From positions 128,001 to 192,000 of the forward strand of contig JAULAX010000009.1 in NCBI GenBank assembly GCA_032654565.1: DNA of 64,000 nt. Direction: 5' to 3'. The position numbers and the translations under genes were made by a program. Origin of the DNA: Anaeromyxobacteraceae bacterium. Lineage in GTDB: Bacteria; Myxococcota; Myxococcia; Myxococcales; Anaeromyxobacteraceae. Numbering within the stretch: the first letter of the stretch is position 1; every line of letters begins with the position of its first letter. This document shows positions 42,246-52,638 of this stretch, in pieces. The notes under the pieces were generated by a model. The model had not been told where the DNA came from. It was given only the letters and a program-made list of their open reading frames with translations, and searched no databases.

Positions 42246-43799
42246 GTGACGCACCTCCTCTCTCTGGTCGACGTGAACCTGGCCTCGGTGGCGGCCTTCC
42301 GCCCCGAGCTGACCCTGACCTTCGGGGCCATGTTCCTGTTCATCCTCGACCTGTTCTGGAAGGGCCACCCGGGCCGGCCGGCGCGGCTGGCCACCGGGGC
42401 GCTGCTGGTGCTGGGCGTGGCCGCCTGGTTCCTGGCCAGCCAGCCGGGCGGGTCCCGCCTGCTCTTCAACGGCATGATCGCCACCGACGGGTTCGCCACC
42501 TTCTTCAAGTGGCTCTTCCTGCTGGCGGCGGCCCTCACCGTGCTCATCGCCGCGCCCGGCAAGGACTTCCCGCCGCAGCGGATCGGCGAGTTCTACGCCC
42601 TGCTCATGGCCATGGTGCTGGGGCTGTTCCTCATGGCCAGCGCCACCGACCTGCTGATGGTCTACCTCTCCATCGAGCTGGTCTCGCTCTGCAGCTACGT
42701 GCTGGCCGGCTTCAAGAAGAACGACCGGCGCGCCGCCGAGGCCTCGCTGAAGTACGTCATCTACGGCGGGGTCGCCTCCGGGGTGATGCTCTTCGGGATG
42801 AGCTACCTCTTCGGCCTGCTCGGCACCACCAGCCTCGGCGAGCTGGCCGGGCACATCCGCCACCTCCAGGCCACCGGCCTGCCGGCGGCCGCCACCAAGC
42901 TGACCCTGGTGGTGGCGGTGGTGCTGGTCACCGCCGGGGTCGGCTACAAGATCGCCGCGGTGCCCTGGCACATGTGGTGCCCCGACGTGTACGAGGGGGC
43001 CCCCACCCCGTTCACCGCCTTCCTCTCGGTCGGCCCCAAGGCGGCCGGCTTCGCGGTGGCGCTCCGGCTCTTCTACGGCGCCCTCTCCGGCCCGTCGGCA
43101 GTGGCCCCCGGGTTCGGCGAGGCGGTGGGCAGCATCCCCTGGCCGGCCATCATCGGCATCATGGCCGCGGTCACCATGACCCTCGGCAACCTCACGGCGC
43201 TGGCCCAGACCAACCTGAAGCGGCTGCTGGCCTACTCCTCGATCGCCCACGCCGGCTACATGCTGATGGGGCTCTCGGCCGCGTCGGACCGCGGCACGCA
43301 GGCCATCATGATCTACCTGCTGATCTACGTGGTCATGAACCTGGGCGCCTTCCTGGTGGTGATCCTGGTCGCCGAGGCCACCGGCTCGGAGTCGATCCTC
43401 GACTACCGCGGCCTGGCCAGGCGCCACCCGCTGGCGGCCACCGCCTTCGCCATCTTCCTCTTCTCGCTCACCGGCATCCCGCCCTTCGCCGGCTTCGTGG
43501 GCAAGTGGTACCTGTTCGTGGCCGTGCTGGATCGGGTCCCGGGGCCGAGCGGCAACTGGTACGCGGTGCTGGCCATCATCGGCGCGATCAACAGCGCCAT
43601 CTCGCTCTACTATTACGTGCGGGTGATCCGGGCCATGTTCATCGACCTGCCCTACGCCGAGCCGCGCCAGGCCCCGGCCACGCCCCTGATGTACCAGGTG
43701 CTGCTCTCGGCCTCGGCGGTGGCGGTGCTGGTGTTCGGCCTCTGGTGGACCCCCATGGTCGACTGGACGGCGGCCTCGCTCCACATCTTCAAGGGGTAG
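42246..43799 (+). CDS. nuoN: Complex I subunit N
   Basis: EASLKY, KIAAVPWHMWCPDVYEGAP, KRLLAYSSIAHAG. Confidence 0.97.
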   Translation: MTHLLSLVDVNLASVAAFRPELTLTFGAMFLFILDLFWKGHPGRPARLATGALLVLGVAAWFLASQPGGSRLLFNGMIATDGFATFFKWLFLLAAALTVLIAAPGKDFPPQRIGEFYALLMAMVLGLFLMASATDLLMVYLSIELVSLCSYVLAGFKKNDRRAAEASLKYVIYGGVASGVMLFGMSYLFGLLGTTSLGELAGHIRHLQATGLPAAATKLTLVVAVVLVTAGVGYKIAAVPWHMWCPDVYEGAPTPFTAFLSVGPKAAGFAVALRLFYGALSGPSAVAPGFGEAVGSIPWPAIIGIMAAVTMTLGNLTALAQTNLKRLLAYSSIAHAGYMLMGLSAASDRGTQAIMIYLLIYVVMNLGAFLVVILVAEATGSESILDYRGLARRHPLAATAFAIFLFSLTGIPPFAGFVGKWYLFVAVLDRVPGPSGNWYAVLAIIGAINSAISLYYYVRVIRAMFIDLPYAEPRQAPATPLMYQVLLSASAVAVLVFGLWWTPMVDWTAASLHIFKG

Positions 43800-43907
43800 C
43801 CGGCGCGCCGGTTCGCGCCCCGCGCCCGACGCCACCACGAGGCCCGATCGCACCCGCGGTCGGGCCTCTGCCTTTCCGGGGCGTTCGGGATAGAGTCCGG
43901 CATCGCC

Positions 43908-44804
43908 ATGGATCAGAAGCCCGCCCTCGAGCGCCGCCGCGACCGCCGGCACCCGCACCGGATGCGCATCGTCCTCACCCGCGCCGGGCAGGACCAGGTG
44001 GCGCAGACCGAGGACGTCAGCTTCGCCGGGGTCTTCATCCGCATGGACACCCCCCTGCCCGCCCGCCAGCTGGTGCGGCTTCGGCTGACGCTTCACGACG
44101 GCGAGGAGCTGTCGGCGATGGGGATGGTGGCGCGCCACATCCCGGCCCGGGAGGGCCTGGCGCCGGGGGTCGGGATCCAGTTCTACTCCCTGTCCGCGAG
44201 CGACCGCCGGCGCTGGAACGAGTTCATCCGCCTGGTCTCCGCCGAGCGGCCGGTCCCGGCCACCATCCCGTCGGCCACCATCCCGCCGGTCGCCACCCGC
44301 CCCGCCGCCGTTCCTGCGGCCAGCGCCCCACCGGCCGCCGTCCCCCCGGTCCCCCCGCCGGCGCCGCCCGTGGCCGACTGGGACCTGGAGGAGACGGTGG
44401 AGGTGGAGATCGAGCCCCCGCCCGAGCCGATCCGGCGGAGCTTCCCCCGCTACGCCGCCTCGCTGCAGGTCCGCCTCCACTCGGTGGACGACCTGCGCCT
44501 GCTCTACACCCGCAACGTCTCCAAGGGCGGCCTCTACTTCGACACCAGCCAGGACTTCGCCGAGGGGACCGCCTTGAAGGTGACGGTGATCCACCCGCGG
44601 ACCCACGAGCAGTTCCCGCTCGAGGCGGTGGTGCGCTGGCGCAACACCTCGGCCGACCCCGGGCTGGGGCTGGAGTTCGTCCAGCTGTCCGATGAGCGCC
44701 GTGAGGAGTTCTTCGAGTTCGTCAGCTCGGAGATCGCCGTCGAGGAGGTGGTCTACGTCTCCGAGGGCGATCCCCACCTGACCCACTTCGTCCCGCCGGC
44801 CTGA
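43908..44804 (+). CDS. Tandem PilZ-domain protein (myxobacterial TIGR02266-like)
   Basis: RRHPHR..DVSFAG and RSFPR..NVSKGG, separated by a Pro-rich linker. Confidence 0.85.
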   Translation: MDQKPALERRRDRRHPHRMRIVLTRAGQDQVAQTEDVSFAGVFIRMDTPLPARQLVRLRLTLHDGEELSAMGMVARHIPAREGLAPGVGIQFYSLSASDRRRWNEFIRLVSAERPVPATIPSATIPPVATRPAAVPAASAPPAAVPPVPPPAPPVADWDLEETVEVEIEPPPEPIRRSFPRYAASLQVRLHSVDDLRLLYTRNVSKGGLYFDTSQDFAEGTALKVTVIHPRTHEQFPLEAVVRWRNTSADPGLGLEFVQLSDERREEFFEFVSSEIAVEEVVYVSEGDPHLTHFVPPA

Positions 44805-45121
44805 GCGCCGCGGCGAACCCGGGCGCAGGCGACCTCGCCGCCCTGGTCCCGCCTGGCCGGTGCGTGGGCAGGTGGGACGGCACCCGTCCGCGCCATCACA
44901 ATGAGGGAGGCCACGATCATTCTGATGGCCCGGCCAGGGCCCGCGGCGGCGCAACCGACCGTGATCGCTGGCACCCGGCCCTTGGCCCGGGGGGTGCTCT
45001 AGGAGGGCTCCGAACGGTGGGCCCCCGGACCGGCGGGACCCGAAGCCCTCCACGGCACCGACCCCGGCAGCATGGTCGCGCGGAGCGCCTCCTCGCGCGG
45101 ATCACAGGGAAGGCCACAGAC

Positions 45122-46294
45122 ATGAACCAGGGAATCGATTTCGCCCGCCCGGCCAGGGCCGCCGCGCTCGGCGCGGCACTGCTGTTCCTCTCGCCGCTCG
45201 CCCGGGCCGCCGACCCGGCGACCACCGCCCACGACCCGCTGCCGACCGAGGCCGGGGCCTTCACGCTGAAGCTGGAGCCGGGCGTGTCGTTCCCGCTGAC
45301 CTCGCCGCAGTCGGACCGCTTCGACACCGGCGGCAGCTTCGCCGTCAAGGGGCTCTGGTCGCTCAACCGCTACCTCGCGCTCGGCCCCAGCCTGACCTAC
45401 ACGGCCCTCCCGGCCGCCGGCGCCGCCGCCGACTTCGGCACCGCCTGGGCCATCGGCCCGAGCCTGGTGCTGGCGCGCCCGCGCGATCTCGCCGACGACG
45501 ACAGGTTCCACAACATCTCGCCCTGGGTCGACGTCGATGCCCAGTATGTCCGCACCGGCCCGCTCAACCGCCCCGGCTTCGCCGTCGGCGCCGGCGCCGC
45601 CATGCCCATCGGCAAGGCGCGCGCCTTCTGGCTCGGGCCGTTCGTCCGCTACTCGCAGATCATCCAGGGCTCGCGGGCCGGCTATGACAACCACGACGCC
45701 AAGATCCTCACCGTCGGGATCAGCCTCGACGTCGGCTCGGGCGCCCGGCGCCCGGTGGAGCGCGAGCCGGCCCCTCCTGCCGAGATCCGCACCGTGGTCC
45801 AGGAGTCGGTCTCCTGCCCCGACCGCGACGCCGATGGCGTCCCCGACAACATCGACCGCTGCCCCGACGTGGCCGGCACGTGGGCCGATCACGGCTGCCC
45901 CGCCTACAAGAAGCTGGTGGTCCAGCCCGACAAGCTCGAGCTGAAGGAGAAGCTCTTCTTCGACTGGGACAAGGCCACCCTGCAGCCCGAGTCGTTCCCG
46001 GTCCTCGACGAGGTGGTCCAGGCCCTCAAGGAGAACAAGGGCTTCAGGGTCCAGGTGCAGGGCCACACCTCCTCCGAGGGGGGCGTCGCGCACAACCAGG
46101 CGCTCTCCGAGAGGCGGGCCGAGGCCGTCCTCGCCTACCTCGCGTCGCACGGCATCACCAGGGATCGGCTCACCTCGAAGGGCTTCGGCTCCACGGTTCC
46201 GGCCGGCCCCAACACCACCCTCGCCGGCCGCGAGAAGAACCGCCGCGTCGAGTTCGTCGTCCACTTCAAGATCGTCACCGACGGGAGCAAGTAG
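45122..46294 (+). CDS. OmpA-family outer membrane protein (beta-barrel, TSP3-like repeat, OmpA-C)
   Basis: Signal peptide; DRDADGVPDNIDRCP; GHT..NQALSERRAEAV..NRRVEF. Confidence 0.9.
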   Translation: MNQGIDFARPARAAALGAALLFLSPLARAADPATTAHDPLPTEAGAFTLKLEPGVSFPLTSPQSDRFDTGGSFAVKGLWSLNRYLALGPSLTYTALPAAGAAADFGTAWAIGPSLVLARPRDLADDDRFHNISPWVDVDAQYVRTGPLNRPGFAVGAGAAMPIGKARAFWLGPFVRYSQIIQGSRAGYDNHDAKILTVGISLDVGSGARRPVEREPAPPAEIRTVVQESVSCPDRDADGVPDNIDRCPDVAGTWADHGCPAYKKLVVQPDKLELKEKLFFDWDKATLQPESFPVLDEVVQALKENKGFRVQVQGHTSSEGGVAHNQALSERRAEAVLAYLASHGITRDRLTSKGFGSTVPAGPNTTLAGREKNRRVEFVVHFKIVTDGSK

Positions 46295-46295
46295 C

Positions 46296-46529
46296 ATGAG
46301 GACCTTCAAGAGCGCGCTGCTGGGCGCCGTGGCCCTCCTCTCCTCCGCCTGCGGCCAGCAGGTGGTCGAGTTCCCCATCGCCGTCGGGACCATCCACGCC
46401 GGCGACCCGGCCGCGGCCACCGCCATCGCCGACCTGACCACCGCCGACACCGACGCCGCCGGCCGGACGCTCTGCCGCATCGCCTCGGTGACGCTGGACG
46501 CCAACCTCATCGTCAAGCCGGCGCCGTAA
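46296..46529 (+). pseudogene. Internally deleted ice-binding-like (DUF3494) lipoprotein remnant
   Basis: LSSAC lipobox; GTIHAGDPAAATAIADLTTADTDAAGRT and SVTLDANLIVKP resemble central and C-terminal DUF3494 motifs in only 77 aa. Confidence 0.6.
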
Positions 46530-46561
46530 CCCGTCGCTGCCCGGGGGGGGCAGGTCGCACC

Positions 46562-46601
46562 GGCGGGAGGGGATCCCTGATCCCTTCCCGCCCCTTTCTT
46601 T
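46562..46601 (+). terminator. Intrinsic terminator-like hairpin
   Basis: GGCGGGAGGGGATC-CCT-GATCCCTTCCCGCC followed by CCTTTCTTT. Confidence 0.6.
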
Positions 46602-46611
46602 GGAGGTGGGC

Positions 46612-47208
46612 ATGGAGTCCGACCGCGACCAGGTCGACCAGAACATCGAGGCGGTGCAAGGCTTCTACACGCGGGAGGACCGGAAGATCAGCCGGTCCCA
46701 GCGGGCCCTGGAGTGGCTCAGCCGCTTCGTCGGCACGCCCGCCTACCTCGGCTTCATCCTGCTGGCGGTCACCGCCTGGATCGCCGCCAACCACGCGCTC
46801 GGCCGCCTCGGCCTGGCCCCGCTCGACCCGCCGCCCTACTTCTGGCTGCAGGGTGTGGTGGGGCTGGGGGCGCTGTTGACGGCGACCGTGGTCCTGACCA
46901 AGCAGAACCGGCTCGCCGGCCTGGCGGAGCAGCGAGCCCACCTCGACCTGAAGGTGACCCTCCTGACCGAGCAGAAGGCCGCCAAGCTGATCGACCTGCT
47001 GGAAGAGCTGCGCCGCGATCTCCCCAACGTCAGGGACCGCCACGACCCCGCCGCGGCCTCCCTGCAGCAGCCCATGAGCCCGGCGCTGGTGCTGGCGGCG
47101 CTCGACGAGGGGGCCGGGCCGGGCTCCCGTCCCGACGAAGAGGACGGTGGGGACGCCGCCAGCGACGTGGAGACTCACGCCGCCCCGCCCCGGGACGGGG
47201 CCAGGTGA
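46612..47208 (+). CDS. DUF1003-family membrane protein
   Basis: LDPPPYFWLQ, VVLTKQNR, HLDLKVTLLTEQK; GGAGG SD. Confidence 0.82.
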   Translation: MESDRDQVDQNIEAVQGFYTREDRKISRSQRALEWLSRFVGTPAYLGFILLAVTAWIAANHALGRLGLAPLDPPPYFWLQGVVGLGALLTATVVLTKQNRLAGLAEQRAHLDLKVTLLTEQKAAKLIDLLEELRRDLPNVRDRHDPAAASLQQPMSPALVLAALDEGAGPGSRPDEEDGGDAASDVETHAAPPRDGAR

Positions 47209-47217
47209 GCGGCGCCC

Positions 47218-48048
47218 TCAGGGTCGGCGCCGCTCCAGCGCCGCCAGCGCCTCCGGCGACATGCTCACCATCCCCAGGTGGCGGTCCGGCGAGATGGCCG
47301 GGCCGTGGAAGTCGGAGCCGGCGGTGCAGACCAGGCCGTTGGCGTCGGCGGCCCGCTGGTACTTCTCGCGCACCGACGGGTTCTGGTCGGGGTGGATCAC
47401 CTCGACGCCCACCACCCCCACCGCCGCCAGCCGGGCCACCTCGGCGACCTCCAGCTTCGACACCCCGGGGTGGGCGATGGTGACGGTGCCGCCGGCGCCG
47501 CGGACCAGGGCCACGGCGTCGGCCGCCTCCAGCCGGTAGCGCTGCACGTAGGCCGGCTGCCCCTCGCCGAGGTAGCGGTCGAAGGCCTCCTTCACCGAAG
47601 CCACCGCGCCGCTCCCGACGATGGCGCGGGCCACGTGCGGCCGGCCGATGGTCTTGCCGCCGGAGTGGGCCTCGATGGCCGCGGCGGTGACGTGGACGCC
47701 GAGCGCCGCCAGCCGCTCCACCATCAGCCCCATCCGCTCGCGCCGCCGGGCGGCGAGGAAGTCCTCGAAGTCGCGCAGCGACGGCGAGGTGGGATCGACG
47801 AAGTGGCCGAGCAGGTGGATCTCGCGCCGCTCCAGGAAGGCCGACAGCTCGATCCCGGGGATCAAGCGAACGTTGACCCGCAGCGCCGCGTCGGCGGCCT
47901 CCTCCAGGCCGGCCACGGTGTCGTGATCGCAGAGTGCCCAGGCGCTGCAGCCTGCGGCAGAAGCGCGCAGCGCCACCTCGGACGGCGAGAACTGCCCGTC
48001 CGAGGCCAGCGAGTGGCTGTGCAGATCGATGATCCCGGCCGCGCCCAT
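47218..48048 (-). CDS. PHP-domain metal-dependent phosphoesterase (YciV/TrpH-like)
   Basis: DLHSHSLASDG, DHDT, GIELS, GRPHVA, AHP, GSDFHG. Confidence 0.92.
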   Translation of the reverse strand: MGAAGIIDLHSHSLASDGQFSPSEVALRASAAGCSAWALCDHDTVAGLEEAADAALRVNVRLIPGIELSAFLERREIHLLGHFVDPTSPSLRDFEDFLAARRRERMGLMVERLAALGVHVTAAAIEAHSGGKTIGRPHVARAIVGSGAVASVKEAFDRYLGEGQPAYVQRYRLEAADAVALVRGAGGTVTIAHPGVSKLEVAEVARLAAVGVVGVEVIHPDQNPSVREKYQRAADANGLVCTAGSDFHGPAISPDRHLGMVSMSPEALAALERRRP

Positions 48049-48112
48049 TGGTCCGCTGGTGCTCCTGTGCTAGGCTTTTCCTCCACCCCAGTCATAACCA
48101 GCGGAGCGCCTG

Positions 48113-48595
48113 ATGCAGCACGTACTCCGGATTTCCAGAAAGATCGACTACGGCCTGCGGGCCATGATCTACCTCTCGTCGATCCCCATGGAGTCGGTGG
48201 TCCCCTTCCGCGAGATCGCCCGGCAGATGGACGTCCCCGAGGACTTCCTCGCCAAGATCCTCAAGACCCTGGTCGACCAGGGGCTGGTCAAGTCGACCCG
48301 CGGCCCGCACGGCGGATACGCCCTGGCCCGGAACCCCATCGACATCTCCTTCCTCGACGTCATCGAGGCGGTCGAGGGGCCGGTGGCGCTCAACGTCTGC
48401 CTCGACGGCGAGGACGCCTGCGGCCACAGCACCTCCTGCACCATGGTGGACATCTGGCGCCAGGGGCAGGAGCGGATGCTGGACGTCTACCGGCAGTCGC
48501 GGCTGGCCGACCTGGCCTTCAAGGCCACGGCCGACGGCCAGGTGGGGCTGGTGCAGCTCTCCATGCCGCAGAGCATGGCGCAGCGCCCCTCCTAG
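48113..48595 (+). CDS. Rrf2-family regulator with three C-terminal Cys (possible Fe-S sensor)
   Basis: DYGLRAM, STRGPHGGYAL, IEAVEG..C.....AC.....C. Confidence 0.9.
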   Translation: MQHVLRISRKIDYGLRAMIYLSSIPMESVVPFREIARQMDVPEDFLAKILKTLVDQGLVKSTRGPHGGYALARNPIDISFLDVIEAVEGPVALNVCLDGEDACGHSTSCTMVDIWRQGQERMLDVYRQSRLADLAFKATADGQVGLVQLSMPQSMAQRPS

Positions 48596-48628
48596 CGTCC
48601 CTCCCGGCGCCGCCCGCCGCCGACCCGC

Positions 48629-49651
48629 TCACACCCCGTGCTGCGCCAGCAGCGCGTTGGCCGCCGCCGGGTCGGCCTGGCACTCCAGCAGCGCCTTCAG
48701 CATCAGCGGCGCCACGATGGTGGCGTCCGACTCGATCACGAACATGGGCGTGTCGCGGGTCAGCTTGTCCCAGGTGATCTTCTCGTTGGGGGTGGCGCCG
48801 GAGTAGGAGCCGTAGGAGGTGGTGGAGTCGGAGATCTGGCAGAAGTAGGCCCACGGCTTCACCGGCTGGCTGAGGTCGTACTTGATCGACGGCACCACGC
48901 AGATGGGGAAGTCGCCGGCGATGCCGCCGCCGATCTGGAAGAAGCCGATCCCCTTCCCCTTGGAGAGCTCCTGGTACTGGTCGTAGAGCTCGGCCATGTA
49001 CTCGATGCCCGACTTGACGATCAGCGGGCTGCACTCGCCGGTCTTGACGTGCGAGGCGAAGATGTTGCCGAAGGTGGAGTCCTCGTGGCCGGGCACCACG
49101 ATGGGCAGCTTGGCCTTGGCGGCGGCCAGCAGCCAGCAGGCGGCCGGGTCACCCTCGTGCGACTCGGGCGGCAGCGCCTGGATCAGCTCGTAGAAGTACT
49201 CGTGCCAGAAGCGGCGCCGGTTGCCGGCGGTGGCCTCGGTCCACATGGGGACGATGAACTTCTCCACGGCGCGGAAGGCCTCGTCCTCGGGGATGCTGGT
49301 GTCGGTGACCCGGCGCATGCGGGCCTCGAGGATGCGGGTGTCGTCGTCCTTGGTGAAGTAGCGGTACTCGGGGAAGTCCTTGTAGGCGTGGTGGGCCACC
49401 AGCCGGAACAGCGACTCCTCCAGGTTGGCCCCGGTCACCGACAGCCCGTGGACCAGGCCGGCGCGGATGGCCGGCGCCAGCGTGATGCCGAGCTGCGCCG
49501 AGGACATGGCCCCCGCCACCGCCCAGAACATCTTCCCGCCCCCGTCGACGTGGCGCCAGTAGGCCACCAGCGCGTCCCGGGTGGCCCGGGCGTTGAAGTT
49601 CTTGTAGTTTTCGAGGACGAAGCGGAGGACCGGCTGGTTGGCGTTCGGCAT
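48629..49651 (-). CDS. Deoxyhypusine-synthase-like protein (possible homospermidine synthase)
   Basis: AGAMSSA, TGANLEE, GGGIAGDF, YSGATPNEKITWDK, ESDAT. Confidence 0.9.
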   Translation of the reverse strand: MPNANQPVLRFVLENYKNFNARATRDALVAYWRHVDGGGKMFWAVAGAMSSAQLGITLAPAIRAGLVHGLSVTGANLEESLFRLVAHHAYKDFPEYRYFTKDDDTRILEARMRRVTDTSIPEDEAFRAVEKFIVPMWTEATAGNRRRFWHEYFYELIQALPPESHEGDPAACWLLAAAKAKLPIVVPGHEDSTFGNIFASHVKTGECSPLIVKSGIEYMAELYDQYQELSKGKGIGFFQIGGGIAGDFPICVVPSIKYDLSQPVKPWAYFCQISDSTTSYGSYSGATPNEKITWDKLTRDTPMFVIESDATIVAPLMLKALLECQADPAAANALLAQHGV

Positions 49652-49726
49652 GGGCGGCGTTCTAGCACGCCGGGACGACGCCCCGGCAACCGGGTGTGGC
49701 CCCGCCGGGCTCGCCGTCATTGACCC

Positions 49727-50440
49727 TTACGGGTCAGGGCTCAGCTTCTCCAGCAGCGCCTTCAGCTCCGGGTCTTCGAAGAGCGCCTCGGCCCGCTGAC
49801 GCACCGCCCCGGCGGCGTCGCCGGCCCCGCTGGCCCCCTGGTCGAGCGCCGTCTTCAGGCCCGACCGCTCCAGCAGCCGGCTCCAGCCCGGGTCCTTGAG
49901 CAGCCGCTCCCGCTTGACCGGGTCGCGCCAGATGGCCACCAGCCGCTGCGCCGTGCGGGCCGACCCGGGGCTGGCCAGCGAGAGCAGGTCATGGCGCGCC
50001 GCCAGCGCCGCCGCCTTCGAGCCCCGGCTCTCCACCCGCAGCGGCCCCAGCGCCAGCCGGCCGCCCAGCAGCGCCAGCAGCGCCAGGAAGACCCAGCCCA
50101 CCAGCACCCCCTTGGCCACGCCCAGCAGGGCCCCCAGCAGGCGATCGAAGCCGCCGGGCGACTCCTCCTCCCCCTGGACGGCGCGGACGATGGCGCGGGC
50201 CAGCATGGCCACCAGCATCCAGGCCACCACGAAGGCGGCGCCGGTCACCAGCGCCCGGGTCAGGGCCGTGGGGGCGTGGAGCTGCTGCACCACCCGCGGG
50301 GCCAGGAAGCGGGCCGCCGCCCAGCCGGCCACCACCCCGGCCAGGGTCAGCACCTGGCGGAGCGCGCCGCTCACCGCGCCGGCCACCGCGGCCAGCAGCA
50401 CCAGCCCCAGCAGCGCCAGGTCGAGGGTCACCAGGGGCAC
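49727..50440 (-). CDS. CvpA-family membrane protein
   Basis: LDLALL..G..G.RQV, DRLLGALLGVAKG. Confidence 0.85.
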   Translation of the reverse strand: MPLVTLDLALLGLVLLAAVAGAVSGALRQVLTLAGVVAGWAAARFLAPRVVQQLHAPTALTRALVTGAAFVVAWMLVAMLARAIVRAVQGEEESPGGFDRLLGALLGVAKGVLVGWVFLALLALLGGRLALGPLRVESRGSKAAALAARHDLLSLASPGSARTAQRLVAIWRDPVKRERLLKDPGWSRLLERSGLKTALDQGASGAGDAAGAVRQRAEALFEDPELKALLEKLSPDP

Positions 50441-50448
50441 GCGCCTCC

Positions 50449-51012
50449 CTACTTGATGCGGTAGTCGCCCTTGGGGCGGGACTTCTCCAGCTCGGCCTGG
50501 ACCAGCGCCAGCTGCTCCTTGAAGCGGACGTTGCCCGGCTCGTACATCAGGGCCCCCTTGAGGGCGCGCTCGGCGGCCTCCCAGCGCTGGGCGTTGATCT
50601 CGATGAGCGCCGCCGAGTAGAACTTCCGGCCGTTGGGGGTCTGGCCGAGCTGCTCCTCGACCTTGCGCTTCTGCTCGGCCTGCACCGCCGACTCCTCGAC
50701 CTCGGTGAAGCGCAGCTTCCTGGCCCGATCCGGGCCGGAGACGTCGGCCTGGTAGCGGACCCGCTTCTGGTCGTCGCGCAGCACCGTGTAGGCCTCGTTG
50801 ATGCGCCGGTAGATGCGGCCGATCATGTCACGCACCTCGGCGCTCTCCACCGTGGCGTAGCGATCGGGGTGGAAGGCGCGCGACTCCCGGTAGTAGGCGG
50901 CCTTGACGTCGGCGGCCCCGGCCCCGGGCTCCAGCTTGAGGACGCCGTAGTAGTCGAGCTGGTCGAGCACGGTGGCCAGGGTCTCGACCTCGATGAGGAA
51001 CTGCGCGTCCAT
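50449..51012 (-). CDS. J-domain plus TPR co-chaperone
   Basis: DYYGVL..VKAAYY..FHPDR..INEAYTVL; C-terminal TPR. Confidence 0.9.
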   Translation of the reverse strand: MDAQFLIEVETLATVLDQLDYYGVLKLEPGAGAADVKAAYYRESRAFHPDRYATVESAEVRDMIGRIYRRINEAYTVLRDDQKRVRYQADVSGPDRARKLRFTEVEESAVQAEQKRKVEEQLGQTPNGRKFYSAALIEINAQRWEAAERALKGALMYEPGNVRFKEQLALVQAELEKSRPKGDYRIK

Positions 51013-51031
51013 GGCTGTCCCGTCGCCCCGC

Positions 51032-52636
<1,605 letters not shown>

Positions 52637-52638
52637 GG

